This document shows positions 9,723 to 20,253 of a stretch of DNA of 53,722 bases, one piece after another (position 1 is the first letter of the stretch; every line of letters starts with the position of its first letter). Below the pieces are notes generated by a model. The model saw only the letters and a program-made list of their open reading frames with translations. It was not told the origin of the DNA and did not search any database. The stretch comes from Selenomonas ruminantium (GTDB lineage Bacteria; Bacillota; Negativicutes; Selenomonadales; Selenomonadaceae): assembly GCA_902785885.1 (NCBI GenBank), contig CADAAS010000002.1:1-53722 (forward strand). The letters run 5' to 3'. The translations under genes and the position numbers were made by a program.

Positions 9723-12260
9723 TCAGCTTATGCCAAAGCGTTCCTGTGCTTCAGCGGCCAGTTTTGTGTAGAGGTCAAGGGCTTCGCTGTGATGCTCCCT
9801 GATGTACTGCAGGTGGCTGTCCTTTTCGTCCTCCGGCCCGTCACAGTAGGCGTGGCCTGCCATTTCCAAAGCTTTGGCGGCTTCGGATAGTTTTACGCCA
9901 CCGATGGAGAGAGCGGTGGATTTCAGTGCGTGAACATGGGTGGTGTAATCCGCGATGTTTTGCGTTTCCCAATCGTTGTTGAGCTGTTTGGTTACGGCTT
10001 CCCGGCGGGAAACGAACATCGTGAGGAATTTTTTTTGCATTTCCTCATTGCCGCCGCAGTATTTGAGGGCGGTGGGCAGGTCGATTTGTTCTTCTGCAGG
10101 AGAATCGGTGCTTTCTCCTGCAGGTTTTATCTTTTCCGAGGGAAGGTATTTTTGTACCATGCGTTCCAAGGTTTTGCCGTCTACGGGCTTGGAGAGATAA
10201 TCGTCGAAGCCTTTTTCGAGGAACATTTCCTTGACGCCGGCTACGGCATTGGCGGTCAGGGCGATATACGGTGTATGCGGGCATTGGCTGTTTGGTAGTT
10301 TTTTTGCCCGTTGCAGAGTTTCGATGCCGTCCATTTCTGGCATCATGTGGTCCAAAAAGACGATGTCGTAGTGTTCTTGGGCGATTTTTGCCAGGCATTT
10401 TTTACCGCTGCCGGCGGTATGGATTTGCAGCTGTGTTTTTTCCAACAGGCTTTGCACTACGGTCAGGTTCATGTCGTTATCGTCCACGACCAAAATTTTG
10501 CCTGCGGGGGCGGTGAAGCTTTCCCGGTAACTTTTTTCTTCCCGCAGAGCCGCTTCGATGCGGGCGTTAAAATCGCCGATGGGTTCGTCTTTTTCTACCG
10601 TTTGGGGCAGGCGGATGGTGAAGGTGCTGCCTTCGCCGTAAACACTGTCTACGGCTATGCTGCCCTGCATCATTTCCGTCAGCCGTACGGTGATGGCCAG
10701 GCCTAAGCCTGTGCCTTCGATATTGCGGTTCTTTTCCAAATCCAGCCGTTGGAATTTGGAAAAGAGTTTGGCTTTATCTTCTTCACGGATGCCGATACCG
10801 GTGTCCTGAGTGATAAATTCCAGAACAAGCTGTCCATCTGGCAGATTATCTGCAGCTTGCACCTTGAAGGTCACGGAACCTTTGGGGGTATATTTGACTG
10901 CATTGTTGAGGATATTTACGACCACTTGCCGCAGGCGGACTTCATCGCCGCATAGGGCATCGGGGATACGGGGGTCAACTTCCATGTGGAAGGCGAGTCC
11001 TTTTTGCCCGGCCTTGTAGCTGACCATGTTGTACACATCGTTGAGCACAGAACTCAGGCTGTAGCTGACGGGCACGATTTCCATTTTGCCGGATTCGATT
11101 TTGGAAAAGTCCAAAATGTCGTTGATGATGGACAGCAGAGTATCGCCGGCGCTCTTGATGTTGAAGGCATATTTTTTCATGGTGCCGCTGGCATTGCGCA
11201 TAATCATTTCGTTCATGCCCAGAATGGCGTTGAGGGGGGTACGGATTTCGTGGCTCATATTGGCGAGAAATTCGCTTTTGGCCTGATTGGCCCGCAGGGC
11301 TTCGTCACGGGCTTCCCGCAGGGCGGTGCTTTCCTCGGCAGCAACCTGATTGGCAAAGCTGTAGAGGATGAATACGCAGAACAATACGACCAACAGGCCG
11401 AAGACCCAGAGGACAATCAGGTGAATGTTGGTGATGCCGGTCATCAGGGAACGCCATTCCCGATAGCCGATGGCCAGAAATGGGGTATCGGGAATGGGGG
11501 CAGCAGAGAGCATGTAGTCGGCGTTCAGTTCCGGGTCAAAAATGGATATATCGGCTTCCTGGCCGCTGCTTAGTTTTTCCAGCAGTTTATCCAGCCCTAA
11601 TGGCGCATTTTTGGCTGCATCATAGAAGGGGCTTTCGGTATAGTCTTGGAAGGGGACGATTACTTGTTGGGTGGCCGTATCGTAGAGCAGGACTTTTTCG
11701 TCCTCCTTTTGGGCGGAAAAATGGAAGGGGGATGTGCCATCCTGCAGGCCGGTATCGGTGTAGAGTTTGCAGAGGACATAACGGACGACAGGCCCTTCGT
11801 AGACCGGAACCATGGCGACCAGCCCCATATCCTTGTAATAGCGCCAGCTGGCTTCACCCTGCAGAGTGCGGGCACATTGCAGGCGTGCTTTTTCGGGCAG
11901 GGCAATGCCGATGAGGCTGTTGCCGTTGATATCCAAAAGCCCGCCTTGCTGTCCTGGACTGCTGATGGCCTGCACGCCGTCCGTGGGTGTGATTTTTCCC
12001 GCAGCAATCAGGTTGGCGGCCTTATTCAAATCCGCCATTTCGGCCCGGAACAGATTGTGATAGACGAAGGACAGCAGTTCGCCTTGCCGGGTGCTGAATT
12101 TTTCCGCTTCATGGTTGAGGGATTCCGTCATTTTGCTCTGCAGGGCAAAGCCGATAAACAGCAGAATGGCGAAAAAGAGCAGAAACCGCCCCATAAGGTG
12201 CAGGGTGAAGCTGAGCATTCTTTTTTTCGAGACCGCTTCCGGCAGATTATTTTGCTTCAA
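9723..12260 (-). CDS. Membrane hybrid sensor histidine kinase (extracytoplasmic sensor, HisKA, HATPase, receiver, HPt)
   Basis: Two TM segments; [15 protein letters not shown]-box; [22 protein letters not shown]; [11 protein letters not shown] receiver; HVHALKS HPt. Confidence 0.93.
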   Translation of the reverse strand: MKQNNLPEAVSKKRMLSFTLHLMGRFLLFFAILLFIGFALQSKMTESLNHEAEKFSTRQGELLSFVYHNLFRAEMADLNKAANLIAAGKITPTDGVQAISSPGQQGGLLDINGNSLIGIALPEKARLQCARTLQGEASWRYYKDMGLVAMVPVYEGPVVRYVLCKLYTDTGLQDGTSPFHFSAQKEDEKVLLYDTATQQVIVPFQDYTESPFYDAAKNAPLGLDKLLEKLSSGQEADISIFDPELNADYMLSAAPIPDTPFLAIGYREWRSLMTGITNIHLIVLWVFGLLVVLFCVFILYSFANQVAAEESTALREARDEALRANQAKSEFLANMSHEIRTPLNAILGMNEMIMRNASGTMKKYAFNIKSAGDTLLSIINDILDFSKIESGKMEIVPVSYSLSSVLNDVYNMVSYKAGQKGLAFHMEVDPRIPDALCGDEVRLRQVVVNILNNAVKYTPKGSVTFKVQAADNLPDGQLVLEFITQDTGIGIREEDKAKLFSKFQRLDLEKNRNIEGTGLGLAITVRLTEMMQGSIAVDSVYGEGSTFTIRLPQTVEKDEPIGDFNARIEAALREEKSYRESFTAPAGKILVVDDNDMNLTVVQSLLEKTQLQIHTAGSGKKCLAKIAQEHYDIVFLDHMMPEMDGIETLQRAKKLPNSQCPHTPYIALTANAVAGVKEMFLEKGFDDYLSKPVDGKTLERMVQKYLPSEKIKPAGESTDSPAEEQIDLPTALKYCGGNEEMQKKFLTMFVSRREAVTKQLNNDWETQNIADYTTHVHALKSTALSIGGVKLSEAAKALEMAGHAYCDGPEDEKDSHLQYIREHHSEALDLYTKLAAEAQERFGIS

Positions 12261-13362
12261 TGATTTCCACTCCCTTCACCAGCCAGTCCATTTTTTCCCG
12301 CAGGCTGCTGTTGGCGATGACTGCGCCTTCCTGACAGCGGCTATGGCCATCCCGATCAACAATATTTCCGGAAAAGACGGGATAGCCCTGCAGAAGTTCC
12401 TGTCGTGCCCGGATGACCAGCGCTTCTTCACGGGGCGTAAGTTCCGGCGACAGGCGCAGCGTGATTACGTTATCCAACATTCCCTGCCAATAGACATGGG
12501 CCGTAGATTTGGCGGTATGTGTACGGAGAAGCTCATCAAAGACTTTGGTCCAGTCGGTTTCCAGTGCGGCGATGCAGTGTGGGGGCATGGTCAGCCCTGC
12601 CGCATGGAAATCAATGTAATCCAGACCTAAGTCGGCAGCTTCCCGCGAAAGCTGTTGGGAGGCGGCAAAATAGGTGATGACATCGGTATTTTCATGTTTG
12701 AGCAGATAGAGGGCCTGGCGTTCCTTTTCGGCCGAAATCCATTGTCCTGTCCAATGCACGAGAATGCGGGCATCGGGGCGGACTTTTTGCACACCTAAGG
12801 CGAAAGCGTTGAGGTCGCGGCGGGTTTCCAAGGCGGGAAAGGGAGCCAGATACCCAACAATGCCTGTCCGGGTATGGAGTCCAGCTAAAATACCGGCCAA
12901 ATAGCGTACCTCGTAGTAGCGGACGGAGTAGTTGAAGATTTTAGCGGAAATGGTTTCGCCGACTGAGTTGGCATAAAATTCCACCTGCGGATACTGGCGG
13001 GCGATATTTTCCAGATTGCGCTGATAGCCGGGATTGGCCAAAAAGATTTTTTTGACGCCTTTTTTGACCAGTTTTTCCGTGACCTGCGCGAGACTATTGT
13101 CATCGCTGTTTACATGATCTTCGATGTAGAGGGTGTATCCCCGGTTCTGACAGGCTTTTTGCAGGCCCAGCCGCATATCCCGCGGCCAGCCCGGAGCATC
13201 TTTGGCGCTGGCGAGAATCAGGCCGACGGAATCCCGCCGTGACCAGATATCGGAACCAAAATAATTGATGGAAAGAAAGATGGCCAGACAGAGGAGAAAG
13301 GCCTGCAAAAGCGCAAAGGCGATAAATCGCCGCCGCAATAGCGCATGGCTGTCAGGTTTCAT
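12247..13362 (-). CDS. BMP/PnrA-like substrate-binding protein with N-terminal membrane anchor
   Basis: [45 protein letters not shown]; ATG 13362 is 9 nt from GGAGG. Confidence 0.8.
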   Translation of the reverse strand: MKPDSHALLRRRFIAFALLQAFLLCLAIFLSINYFGSDIWSRRDSVGLILASAKDAPGWPRDMRLGLQKACQNRGYTLYIEDHVNSDDNSLAQVTEKLVKKGVKKIFLANPGYQRNLENIARQYPQVEFYANSVGETISAKIFNYSVRYYEVRYLAGILAGLHTRTGIVGYLAPFPALETRRDLNAFALGVQKVRPDARILVHWTGQWISAEKERQALYLLKHENTDVITYFAASQQLSREAADLGLDYIDFHAAGLTMPPHCIAALETDWTKVFDELLRTHTAKSTAHVYWQGMLDNVITLRLSPELTPREEALVIRARQELLQGYPVFSGNIVDRDGHSRCQEGAVIANSSLREKMDWLVKGVEIIEAK

Positions 13363-14656
13363 ACGCATTCGCCTCCTCGATGGCATCTTCTTCCCTGGTC
13401 AGCATATTGAACATGATGACAAAGGGGGTGTAGATGACGATATCCAGACTGAGCCACACCAGCTGCAGGACAGCGCCCATGATATCGCCCGTGGAGAGCC
13501 AGCCCTGCAACAGGACAGGTACGGTGGAATCTACGCTGTAGTGGAACAGGGGGACAATGCCCCAATTGATGGCCAGATAGCCGATGTAGACGTTCAGCAT
13601 AGGAGCCAGCAGATAGGGGATGAGAAAGAGCGGATTGAGGACGATGGGCAGGGCAAAGAGAAAGGGCTCGTTGATGGAGAACAGCAGGCAGGGCAGACTG
13701 TAGGCCGAGAGCTGGCGCAGTTTTTCTCGATAAGAAAATACCCATACGGAAATGGCCAGTCCCAAAAGGGAAATGGAATTGGCATCGAAAAATTCAATCG
13801 TGAAAATGTACTTGCTGTTTTCCAATTCATTGGCCAGCTGGGCGGGAATATAGAAGGCTTCGTTCCAGAAAAAGGTGAGGCTGCTGCCGTTGAGCCCAAA
13901 CCACCAAAGGAACCGGCGCAGGCATTCATAAAGAATGGCAGCTGCCGGGATTTGGGCGATATCTGCACCCCAATAGCCCTGCAAGAGAGAGGGCAGGGAA
14001 TGCATGGATTGTTCCACGGAAAGCCAGGCAAAGGAGACGATTAACGAGGAAAACAGCGTCAGCCCCAGCGGGATAAACAGAATCATGGATTGCTGCATGG
14101 CCTGCGGCATTCCCTGGGGAACGGGCAGGTGCAGGCGGCGGATGCGGGCAAGGCGGCTGAATACGAGGACACTGGCTGTGGCGATAAGCAGGGCCAGAAA
14201 AAAGGCGCGTCCGCCAAAGTAGGTGGACAGGCCGTCCAAATTCCCGTTAAATCCGGCCAATAGGAATAGGTAGGAAGAAACGGTGCAGACGATGGAGGCG
14301 GTAACATCTCCATGCCAAAGGCTGGCCAGTTTTTCTGTCAGCACAAGGGAAAAGAGCAGGGAGTTTATCAGCACGGTGACTTTCAGGCAGCTGCGCAGTT
14401 GGGTCATGGTGGCATAAAAAGTCGATTCCCGATAGGCTTCATCATGGAGTCCGCCAGTCAGAACGGAGCCGACTCCGAGCCCTTCATCGCCGAGTACAGG
14501 TCCCGTTGGGTCACAGAACAGGCAGCCAGCCATATCAATGAGGGTCAGCAGGACGATGACTGGCATCAAGGCGCAGAAAGTCTCCCGGATTGCCCGCAGG
14601 TAGGGGATTTTGAGGAGACGGCTGACCAGTGGGATGATGAAGTTATGTGCACCCAT
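13352..14656 (-). CDS. Divergent PTS cellobiose-family EIIC-like membrane protein (no cognate IIA/IIB)
   Basis: YLRAIRETF, LWWFGLNG, FSINEPFLFALPIVLNPLFLIPY, IYTPF; overlaps BMP gene. Confidence 0.8.
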   Translation of the reverse strand: MGAHNFIIPLVSRLLKIPYLRAIRETFCALMPVIVLLTLIDMAGCLFCDPTGPVLGDEGLGVGSVLTGGLHDEAYRESTFYATMTQLRSCLKVTVLINSLLFSLVLTEKLASLWHGDVTASIVCTVSSYLFLLAGFNGNLDGLSTYFGGRAFFLALLIATASVLVFSRLARIRRLHLPVPQGMPQAMQQSMILFIPLGLTLFSSLIVSFAWLSVEQSMHSLPSLLQGYWGADIAQIPAAAILYECLRRFLWWFGLNGSSLTFFWNEAFYIPAQLANELENSKYIFTIEFFDANSISLLGLAISVWVFSYREKLRQLSAYSLPCLLFSINEPFLFALPIVLNPLFLIPYLLAPMLNVYIGYLAINWGIVPLFHYSVDSTVPVLLQGWLSTGDIMGAVLQLVWLSLDIVIYTPFVIMFNMLTREEDAIEEANAYET

Positions 14657-14688
14657 AATGCCTGCTCCTTTCTGCTGAATAGGCCGGC

Positions 14689-15129
14689 TTACAAGCCCAG
14701 ATTATCCAGAGCCTTGAAAATGTCATTGACTTCCGGGTCCTCAATGGGGGGATGGAGATGTTTTTCTACGCGGGCAATTAAATCCTCCGGGACAAACGGT
14801 TTTTTGACATAATCGGCGATTTTCAGCTGGCTGGCTTTAACAATGGTTTCCTTGTCGGCAGCGGCAGTCAGGAAGATGACCTTGCTGTCCCGAAGACTTG
14901 GGTCATTGCGAATCGCTGCGAGGGTCTGCAGACCGTCCATGCCGGGCATGGCGATGTCCAGCAGAATGAGGTCAACAGGCTTTTGCCGCTGGCGGAGTAT
15001 GCCCAGACAGGCACTGCCGCTGGTTGTCGTCAGGATTTCGGCACGGACTTTCATTTCCAGAATGCTCTTGGCCATGACGATATTCATTTCATCATCATCG
15101 ACGATTAAAATAACGGGTAATTTACTCAT
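14689..15129 (-). CDS. Stand-alone response regulator receiver protein
   Basis: ILIVDDD, LILLDIAMPGMDG, VIFLTA, YVKKPF; no output domain. Confidence 0.9.
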   Translation of the reverse strand: MSKLPVILIVDDDEMNIVMAKSILEMKVRAEILTTTSGSACLGILRQRQKPVDLILLDIAMPGMDGLQTLAAIRNDPSLRDSKVIFLTAAADKETIVKASQLKIADYVKKPFVPEDLIARVEKHLHPPIEDPEVNDIFKALDNLGL

Positions 15130-15150
15130 GTCAATTCCTCCTAAATCGCA

Positions 15151-17211
15151 TCAGGTATGGGCGTGTTGCCAAAGTTTTGCCCGGATATTTTGTTCTCTGG
15201 CTTCCTGACAGGCAAGAGCGGCATGTTCTTCCGCCTGTGTCAGGGAAAAGTCTGCCAGTGGGCAGAAGCCTGCGTGCCAGATGATGTTTTGGTCTTCCGG
15301 GGTTAAATCGGTAATGGATTCTGCAGTTAGATTCAGCATCATTTGGGGATTGTCTGCTATGCAGAGGCAGAGCAATTCGCCGGGCATGGTGCCTGCGGCG
15401 GTTTCGACTGTCCAGTCTTTGCCGGCAAGCAGGTGGGCGGCTTCTTTTAGCGCTTCGTCCCAGGCGTGACGGTCGTGGATGGCCGTTCCCTTGGCTGGAC
15501 TGGCGGCAAAGAGAACAAAAAAAACGTGAGTGGATTTCTGTTTGCGCCGGATTCGGCGGAGAATTTGCTCCCGGTGGCGTTCTAAATAGCGTAGATTGGG
15601 GAGCTGATAGCGGCTGTCTGTATAGGTCAATTGTTCCAATTCGGATAGCTGCCGGTCATGCCTGCGGGAGCGGTAGTAAATCGTGCCAGCAATGAGTCCC
15701 ATAATCAGGAAAATCATGAGGACTGCTTGCAGGGGATAGTGGTAAAGCAGATAGACCGGATTCAACTGATGGACATTTTCGTGGGCGGTCTGACTCAGGG
15801 ATTCCGACATCAGGCGTGGCGGCAGGTGATTGATTTCCTTATCCAGTATCTGCCACAACAGGGGATTAGCTTCTTTGGCTACGCCGAGGCTGATGGCTTC
15901 TAAAAAAACGCTTTCGGTGTCGGCAGAAAGATTGTAGGCCGATACGGCTTCCATCAGATAGGGAACTGTAGCGCGGGGCGCATAGGTAATGTCGGCAGTG
16001 CCGCTGCCGACAGCTGTAAAACATTCTTCCCAACTGTTGTGGCTGAGCATTTGTTCGCTGGGATATTGCGTCATGATGAAGGTGGTTGTCTCGAAGTTTC
16101 CCTCGACCGCGGCTACTTTGGGGGTGCGGGGCCTCTGTGCACCATGTCGGGTTATGGGGACATAGCCAATCTCCAAATACGACTGGGTAGGCGTGAGGTC
16201 AAAGTTGTCCAGCCAGCTGAAATCACAGGGAACATCGGCCACGAAATCTATTGTTCCGCGGGTAATCAGGCGGCGCAGTTCATCTGCTGAGCTGACTTCC
16301 TCCAGCTTAATCGTGATGCCCAAATCCTGTTCCAATTGGTTTAGTAAAGCCTGGGTGGCACCCGCCCAGTTACCTTGTTCATCCCGATAGAAATAAGGTT
16401 TTGTCCGCATCAGCACCGCTACATGAAAAGTCTTCTTTTCTTGCAGGTAAGCCTTCTCGGCTGGTGAGAGCACCAGCGGAAATCCTTTGGACCGTTCGTA
16501 TTTATCGTTGAGACGGGTACGGATATTGGGCTGGTTCAAGAGCAGGCTGTCCTGAGCAGCGTTCAGCCTTGCCAAGAGGTCCGGGCGGTCACGATGGACG
16601 AGCAGACGATAACTGACCCGGTCAAAGAGGGCCAGTACGCGACCATTTTTTTCCGGATGGAGCAGGGGGTGAACATAGCCGTCGAGTTGGTGGGCATCAA
16701 AGGCGTTTTTCATATCTGTAGGGTCGCTGAAGGTGACGAGTTCATAGGTGAAGCCATGCTCCTGGGCGGCTTTGCTCAGGTTGGGGGTGGGATAGTTGTA
16801 GTCCAGCGTGCCCAAGTGTACATGACCGCCGCTAAAATCATCCTGTACCACCAGTTCCATTGGAAAGCGGGCAATGACGTGGTCCGTGCGCACGGCAAAG
16901 GGCAATGTCCGGTAATTTCCGGGCATGGCGGGCAGCATGTCGATTTCGTGGTTTTCCAGTTTTGCACCAGCTTCCCACCAGTTCACGCAGGGAACATAGG
17001 AAAAGTTGGCACCCAAAAAACCGGAGAGAAATTCCATATATTCATAGCCGTTTCCGCGCATATGACCCGGCTTGTCCTCCTCTAAAAATCCTGTGCCCGG
17101 CACGTATCCGACTTTTAATTCTGCCATAGCCAGCATGTGGGCTGGCAGAAAAATGCCGAGCAGAAGGAGCAGCAGGGTGCAAAGTGGTATCTTCCGTGAA
17201 AAAATCCCCAT
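15151..17211 (-). CDS. Tandem family-3 periplasmic-binding domains + TM + degenerate GGDEF-like domain
   Basis: Signal peptide; BvgS/EvgS-like tandem PBP pattern (LSPAEKAYL); TM; YTDSRYQLPNLRY start of GGDEF fold but no GG(D/E)EF. Confidence 0.7.
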   Translation of the reverse strand: MGIFSRKIPLCTLLLLLLGIFLPAHMLAMAELKVGYVPGTGFLEEDKPGHMRGNGYEYMEFLSGFLGANFSYVPCVNWWEAGAKLENHEIDMLPAMPGNYRTLPFAVRTDHVIARFPMELVVQDDFSGGHVHLGTLDYNYPTPNLSKAAQEHGFTYELVTFSDPTDMKNAFDAHQLDGYVHPLLHPEKNGRVLALFDRVSYRLLVHRDRPDLLARLNAAQDSLLLNQPNIRTRLNDKYERSKGFPLVLSPAEKAYLQEKKTFHVAVLMRTKPYFYRDEQGNWAGATQALLNQLEQDLGITIKLEEVSSADELRRLITRGTIDFVADVPCDFSWLDNFDLTPTQSYLEIGYVPITRHGAQRPRTPKVAAVEGNFETTTFIMTQYPSEQMLSHNSWEECFTAVGSGTADITYAPRATVPYLMEAVSAYNLSADTESVFLEAISLGVAKEANPLLWQILDKEINHLPPRLMSESLSQTAHENVHQLNPVYLLYHYPLQAVLMIFLIMGLIAGTIYYRSRRHDRQLSELEQLTYTDSRYQLPNLRYLERHREQILRRIRRKQKSTHVFFVLFAASPAKGTAIHDRHAWDEALKEAAHLLAGKDWTVETAAGTMPGELLCLCIADNPQMMLNLTAESITDLTPEDQNIIWHAGFCPLADFSLTQAEEHAALACQEAREQNIRAKLWQHAHT

Positions 17212-17332
17212 GTCCTTTCCTCCGTATATTCATGTATGTCGAAAGCATCAACTAATATTCAGGAATCCGATTGACATTACAAGCTAGGAATAATTTCGTG
17301 CTGGGAAGGTCATAATCCTGCCAAGAGGTATG

Positions 17333-17359
17333 AAAAAAGGACTGCGCTTCCGCAGTCCC
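17333..17359 (-). terminator. Terminator of glucitol-family IIA gene
   Basis: GGGACTGCG-GAAG-CGCAGTCC-TTTTTT on the minus strand. Confidence 0.75.
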
Positions 17360-17372
17360 AAGCTTTTGGTAT

Positions 17373-17735
17373 TTATTTCTTCGTGAAGGTAATATGTGCG
17401 CCGACCGTCAGTACGGGCAGGGAGGGACCTTTGAGGATAATCTGGCCGGGCATGGAGCCTTCGGCGTTGAATACCAGCGTGCAGTGACCTTCCTCACGCA
17501 AGTTTTCGTTAACGGCGTCGCCGACTTTTTCGATGGTATATTTGATGCCGCCCATCAGCAGCTTGTCACCCTTCTTGATGTCTTCTTCCAATTTGCCGGG
17601 CGTGTGTTCGAGTACCATGTCTGAAAGGTTGGGGCGGATGCCTTCGTCTAACAGGATAGCGCTGCTGTTGTTGGTCAGAAAGGTTCTGGCCAGATTGCCG
17701 ATGGAAGTGATTGCTACGTCATACTTAATGTCCAT
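17373..17735 (-). CDS. srlB: PTS glucitol/sorbitol-family EIIA (orphan)
   Basis: YDVAITSIG, VGDAVNENLREEGHCTLVF, MPGQI; ATG 17735 follows AGGAGG. Confidence 0.8.
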   Translation of the reverse strand: MDIKYDVAITSIGNLARTFLTNNSSAILLDEGIRPNLSDMVLEHTPGKLEEDIKKGDKLLMGGIKYTIEKVGDAVNENLREEGHCTLVFNAEGSMPGQIILKGPSLPVLTVGAHITFTKK

Positions 17736-17953
17736 GCTGTTCATTCCTCCTAAAATAATCATTATCTACTACACATACATTCCAAAACCATTATGAGTCT
17801 TACCCCTTATTATATCATATTTTGTCGTAAAAATGCGAGGACATGGGGACTTTGTGAGAATTTTTTTGCAGAAAAGATTCTCACTATAGTAAAATAGCGT
17901 TGTTCGCGGTATAATTTGATTGATATTGACGGAGAAAGGCGGAGTTTGCAGGT

Positions 17954-18919
17954 ATGGAACGGGGGGAAAGGTTGTTTTGGAGCGTGATGGGCGTTCTGTT
18001 GCTTTTTTTGGCTGCGCTGGTTATGTGGCAGATTATGCAGACGGATTATTCCCTGCGGCAGGCGGAGCACCGGCATAAATTCGGTGCCGTCTATATGACG
18101 CTCAACAATCCGTTTTACGAAATCGTGGATGAGGAAATTCGCATGGAAGTCAGCAGGCGGGGCGATATCCTTATCTCCCGGGACCCAGCTCTGTCGGTGG
18201 AGCGGCAGGAAGAGACCGTAAAAGAACTTATCGACAGCGGGGTAGAGCTGATCTTCATCAATCCCGTGGACTGGCAGCGCATTGCCCCCGCTTTGAAATT
18301 AGCCCAAGAGGCCAATGTGCCGGTGATTGCTGTAGATACCAATGTAGAGGATGAAAATTCTGTGGCTGCAACGGTAGTGTCGGATAATTATCTGGCCGGC
18401 CGGCAATGTGCTGAGCATTTGCTGGCACATGCTGCCGGCGGAAAAATAGCCCTGCTCCAGCATTCCGAGGCCCGGTCTTCTGTGGACAGGATTCAGGGGT
18501 TCTTGGATGGCTTGGCGCTTAATCCGAATTTTGTGGTGGTGGATCAGGCTGAGTGCCGGGGGCAGCTGGAACTGGCCATGCCGGCCATGCAGGAAATGCT
18601 CGCCCGGCACCCGGATATTGATGTGGTCATGGCGTTGAATGACCCAACGGCAATGGGCGCGATGGCGGCACTGCAGACTGTTGGCCGGCTGGACAAGGTG
18701 CTGGTCTATGGCGTAGATGGCGTACCGGAGACCAAGGAAATGATAGCGGGTGGGCATATGATGGCCACAGCCGGACAGTCGCCCAGGGCCTTGGGGCGCA
18801 ATGCGGCAGAACAGGCCTATAAGATATTGGCGGGTGAGCAGGTGCCCAAGCTGATGCGACTGCCCACCCAGCTCATTACCAAGGAAAATCTGGGCACCGA
18901 TATGAGAGGATGGGATTGA
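17954..18919 (+). CDS. RbsB-type sugar-binding protein, membrane-anchored (LevT-like)
   Basis: FGAVYMTLNNPFY, IFINPVD, SDNYLAG, LNDPTAMGA, YGVDG. Confidence 0.85.
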   Translation: MERGERLFWSVMGVLLLFLAALVMWQIMQTDYSLRQAEHRHKFGAVYMTLNNPFYEIVDEEIRMEVSRRGDILISRDPALSVERQEETVKELIDSGVELIFINPVDWQRIAPALKLAQEANVPVIAVDTNVEDENSVAATVVSDNYLAGRQCAEHLLAHAAGGKIALLQHSEARSSVDRIQGFLDGLALNPNFVVVDQAECRGQLELAMPAMQEMLARHPDIDVVMALNDPTAMGAMAALQTVGRLDKVLVYGVDGVPETKEMIAGGHMMATAGQSPRALGRNAAEQAYKILAGEQVPKLMRLPTQLITKENLGTDMRGWD

Positions 18920-20253
18920 TGATGGGGAGCTATACGCCGGAACAGCGGCATCTGGAATGGCTCTATGGACTTTTGGGGCTGTACAATGGGCTGGTCGTGC
19001 TCCTGATGGCAGGCTTTATGTGCCTTACGCAGCAAAAGATTGTCAGCACCATGAGTGCCCATGAATTTTTGTCCACTTTGCCCATTGTGCCGCTGCCGGC
19101 GATGAAGGGATTTTGGCTGTCCATGGGAGCCTATGGTCTGTTGCTTTTCCTGGGGAAACTTTACCGGCATGACGGTCTGGAATCGGGACAGCGGCAGCTG
19201 ATATTTGCTGCGGAAATCGGTATCTGCATGCTGTTGATGAAAAGCCTTAACCTGGCTTATGATGGCATCGTCCTCTTGGCGGTGGCAGACCTCATGCACC
19301 GCTATCATGGGGAGAATCAAAGCTGGCTGCTGCTCGTGGCCATGTTGGGCCTTTACTTCATGGCGAATTACAATATGGCCATCTTTCAGCGCCATGTAGC
19401 TCCCTTTGATGTGTATGCGGCGTATTACCGGCCGGAGGTACAGTCGGTTTTGCTGGCGATAAAAAATGCCTTTCAATCGCTGAATATCGTGTTGTTTGTC
19501 CTGTACCTGGTGCTGCTGGTGCAGAGCAAGCACCATGAAAAGGAACGTATTGCCATCCTGAATCAGCAGCTGGAGGAAGCCAATGTGCGCCTGCGGGCGT
19601 ATGCGCTGGAGGCTGAACGCACGGCGGAAACCCGGGAGCGCAACCGCTTGGCAAGGGAAATTCACGATACGCTTGGGCATACCCTGACCGGCATTGCCGC
19701 CGGGCTGGATGCCTGCATTGTGCTGGTGGACGCAGCGCCTGCCGTGGTGAAAAAGCAACTGGAAAAAATCCGGGAAACCGCCCGTCATGGGATTGTGGAC
19801 GTCCGCCGTTCGGTCAAGAAACTGCGTCCGGACGATTTGGAGAAACTGCCGCTGCAGCAGGCAATCAAAAAGGTCATTGCGGAGTTTTCGGCCTCATCCG
19901 GGGTGGAAATCCAGCTGGTGGAGCTGGGTTGGCCGGAAAAATTGCGGGAAGACGAGGAAGAAGTCATCTACCGCATTGTGCAGGAGGGCATCACCAATGC
20001 CCGCCGCCATGGCAAGGCGACGAAAGTGACCGTCACCTGTGGGGTGGAACCGGGCAGGTTCTACATCATCATTGCCGATAATGGCGAGGGCTGTGCAGAA
20101 CCTAAGCAGGGCTTTGGCTTGCGGCATATGGAAGAACGGCTGGAACTGCTGCATGGACGGCTCCGTTATTGGAGCGATAAGGGCTTTACATTGGAGGCAA
20201 CTATCCCAATGGGCAAAAATGTAATGGATAATCATGGGGAGGATACGGAATGA
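18919..20253 (+). CDS. HisKA_3 membrane sensor kinase (LevS-like)
   Basis: Multiple TMs; ERNRLAREIHDTLGHTLT; QEGITNARRHG; DNGEG; GFGL; TGATG coupling to upstream gene. Confidence 0.9.
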   Translation: MMGSYTPEQRHLEWLYGLLGLYNGLVVLLMAGFMCLTQQKIVSTMSAHEFLSTLPIVPLPAMKGFWLSMGAYGLLLFLGKLYRHDGLESGQRQLIFAAEIGICMLLMKSLNLAYDGIVLLAVADLMHRYHGENQSWLLLVAMLGLYFMANYNMAIFQRHVAPFDVYAAYYRPEVQSVLLAIKNAFQSLNIVLFVLYLVLLVQSKHHEKERIAILNQQLEEANVRLRAYALEAERTAETRERNRLAREIHDTLGHTLTGIAAGLDACIVLVDAAPAVVKKQLEKIRETARHGIVDVRRSVKKLRPDDLEKLPLQQAIKKVIAEFSASSGVEIQLVELGWPEKLREDEEEVIYRIVQEGITNARRHGKATKVTVTCGVEPGRFYIIIADNGEGCAEPKQGFGLRHMEERLELLHGRLRYWSDKGFTLEATIPMGKNVMDNHGEDTE

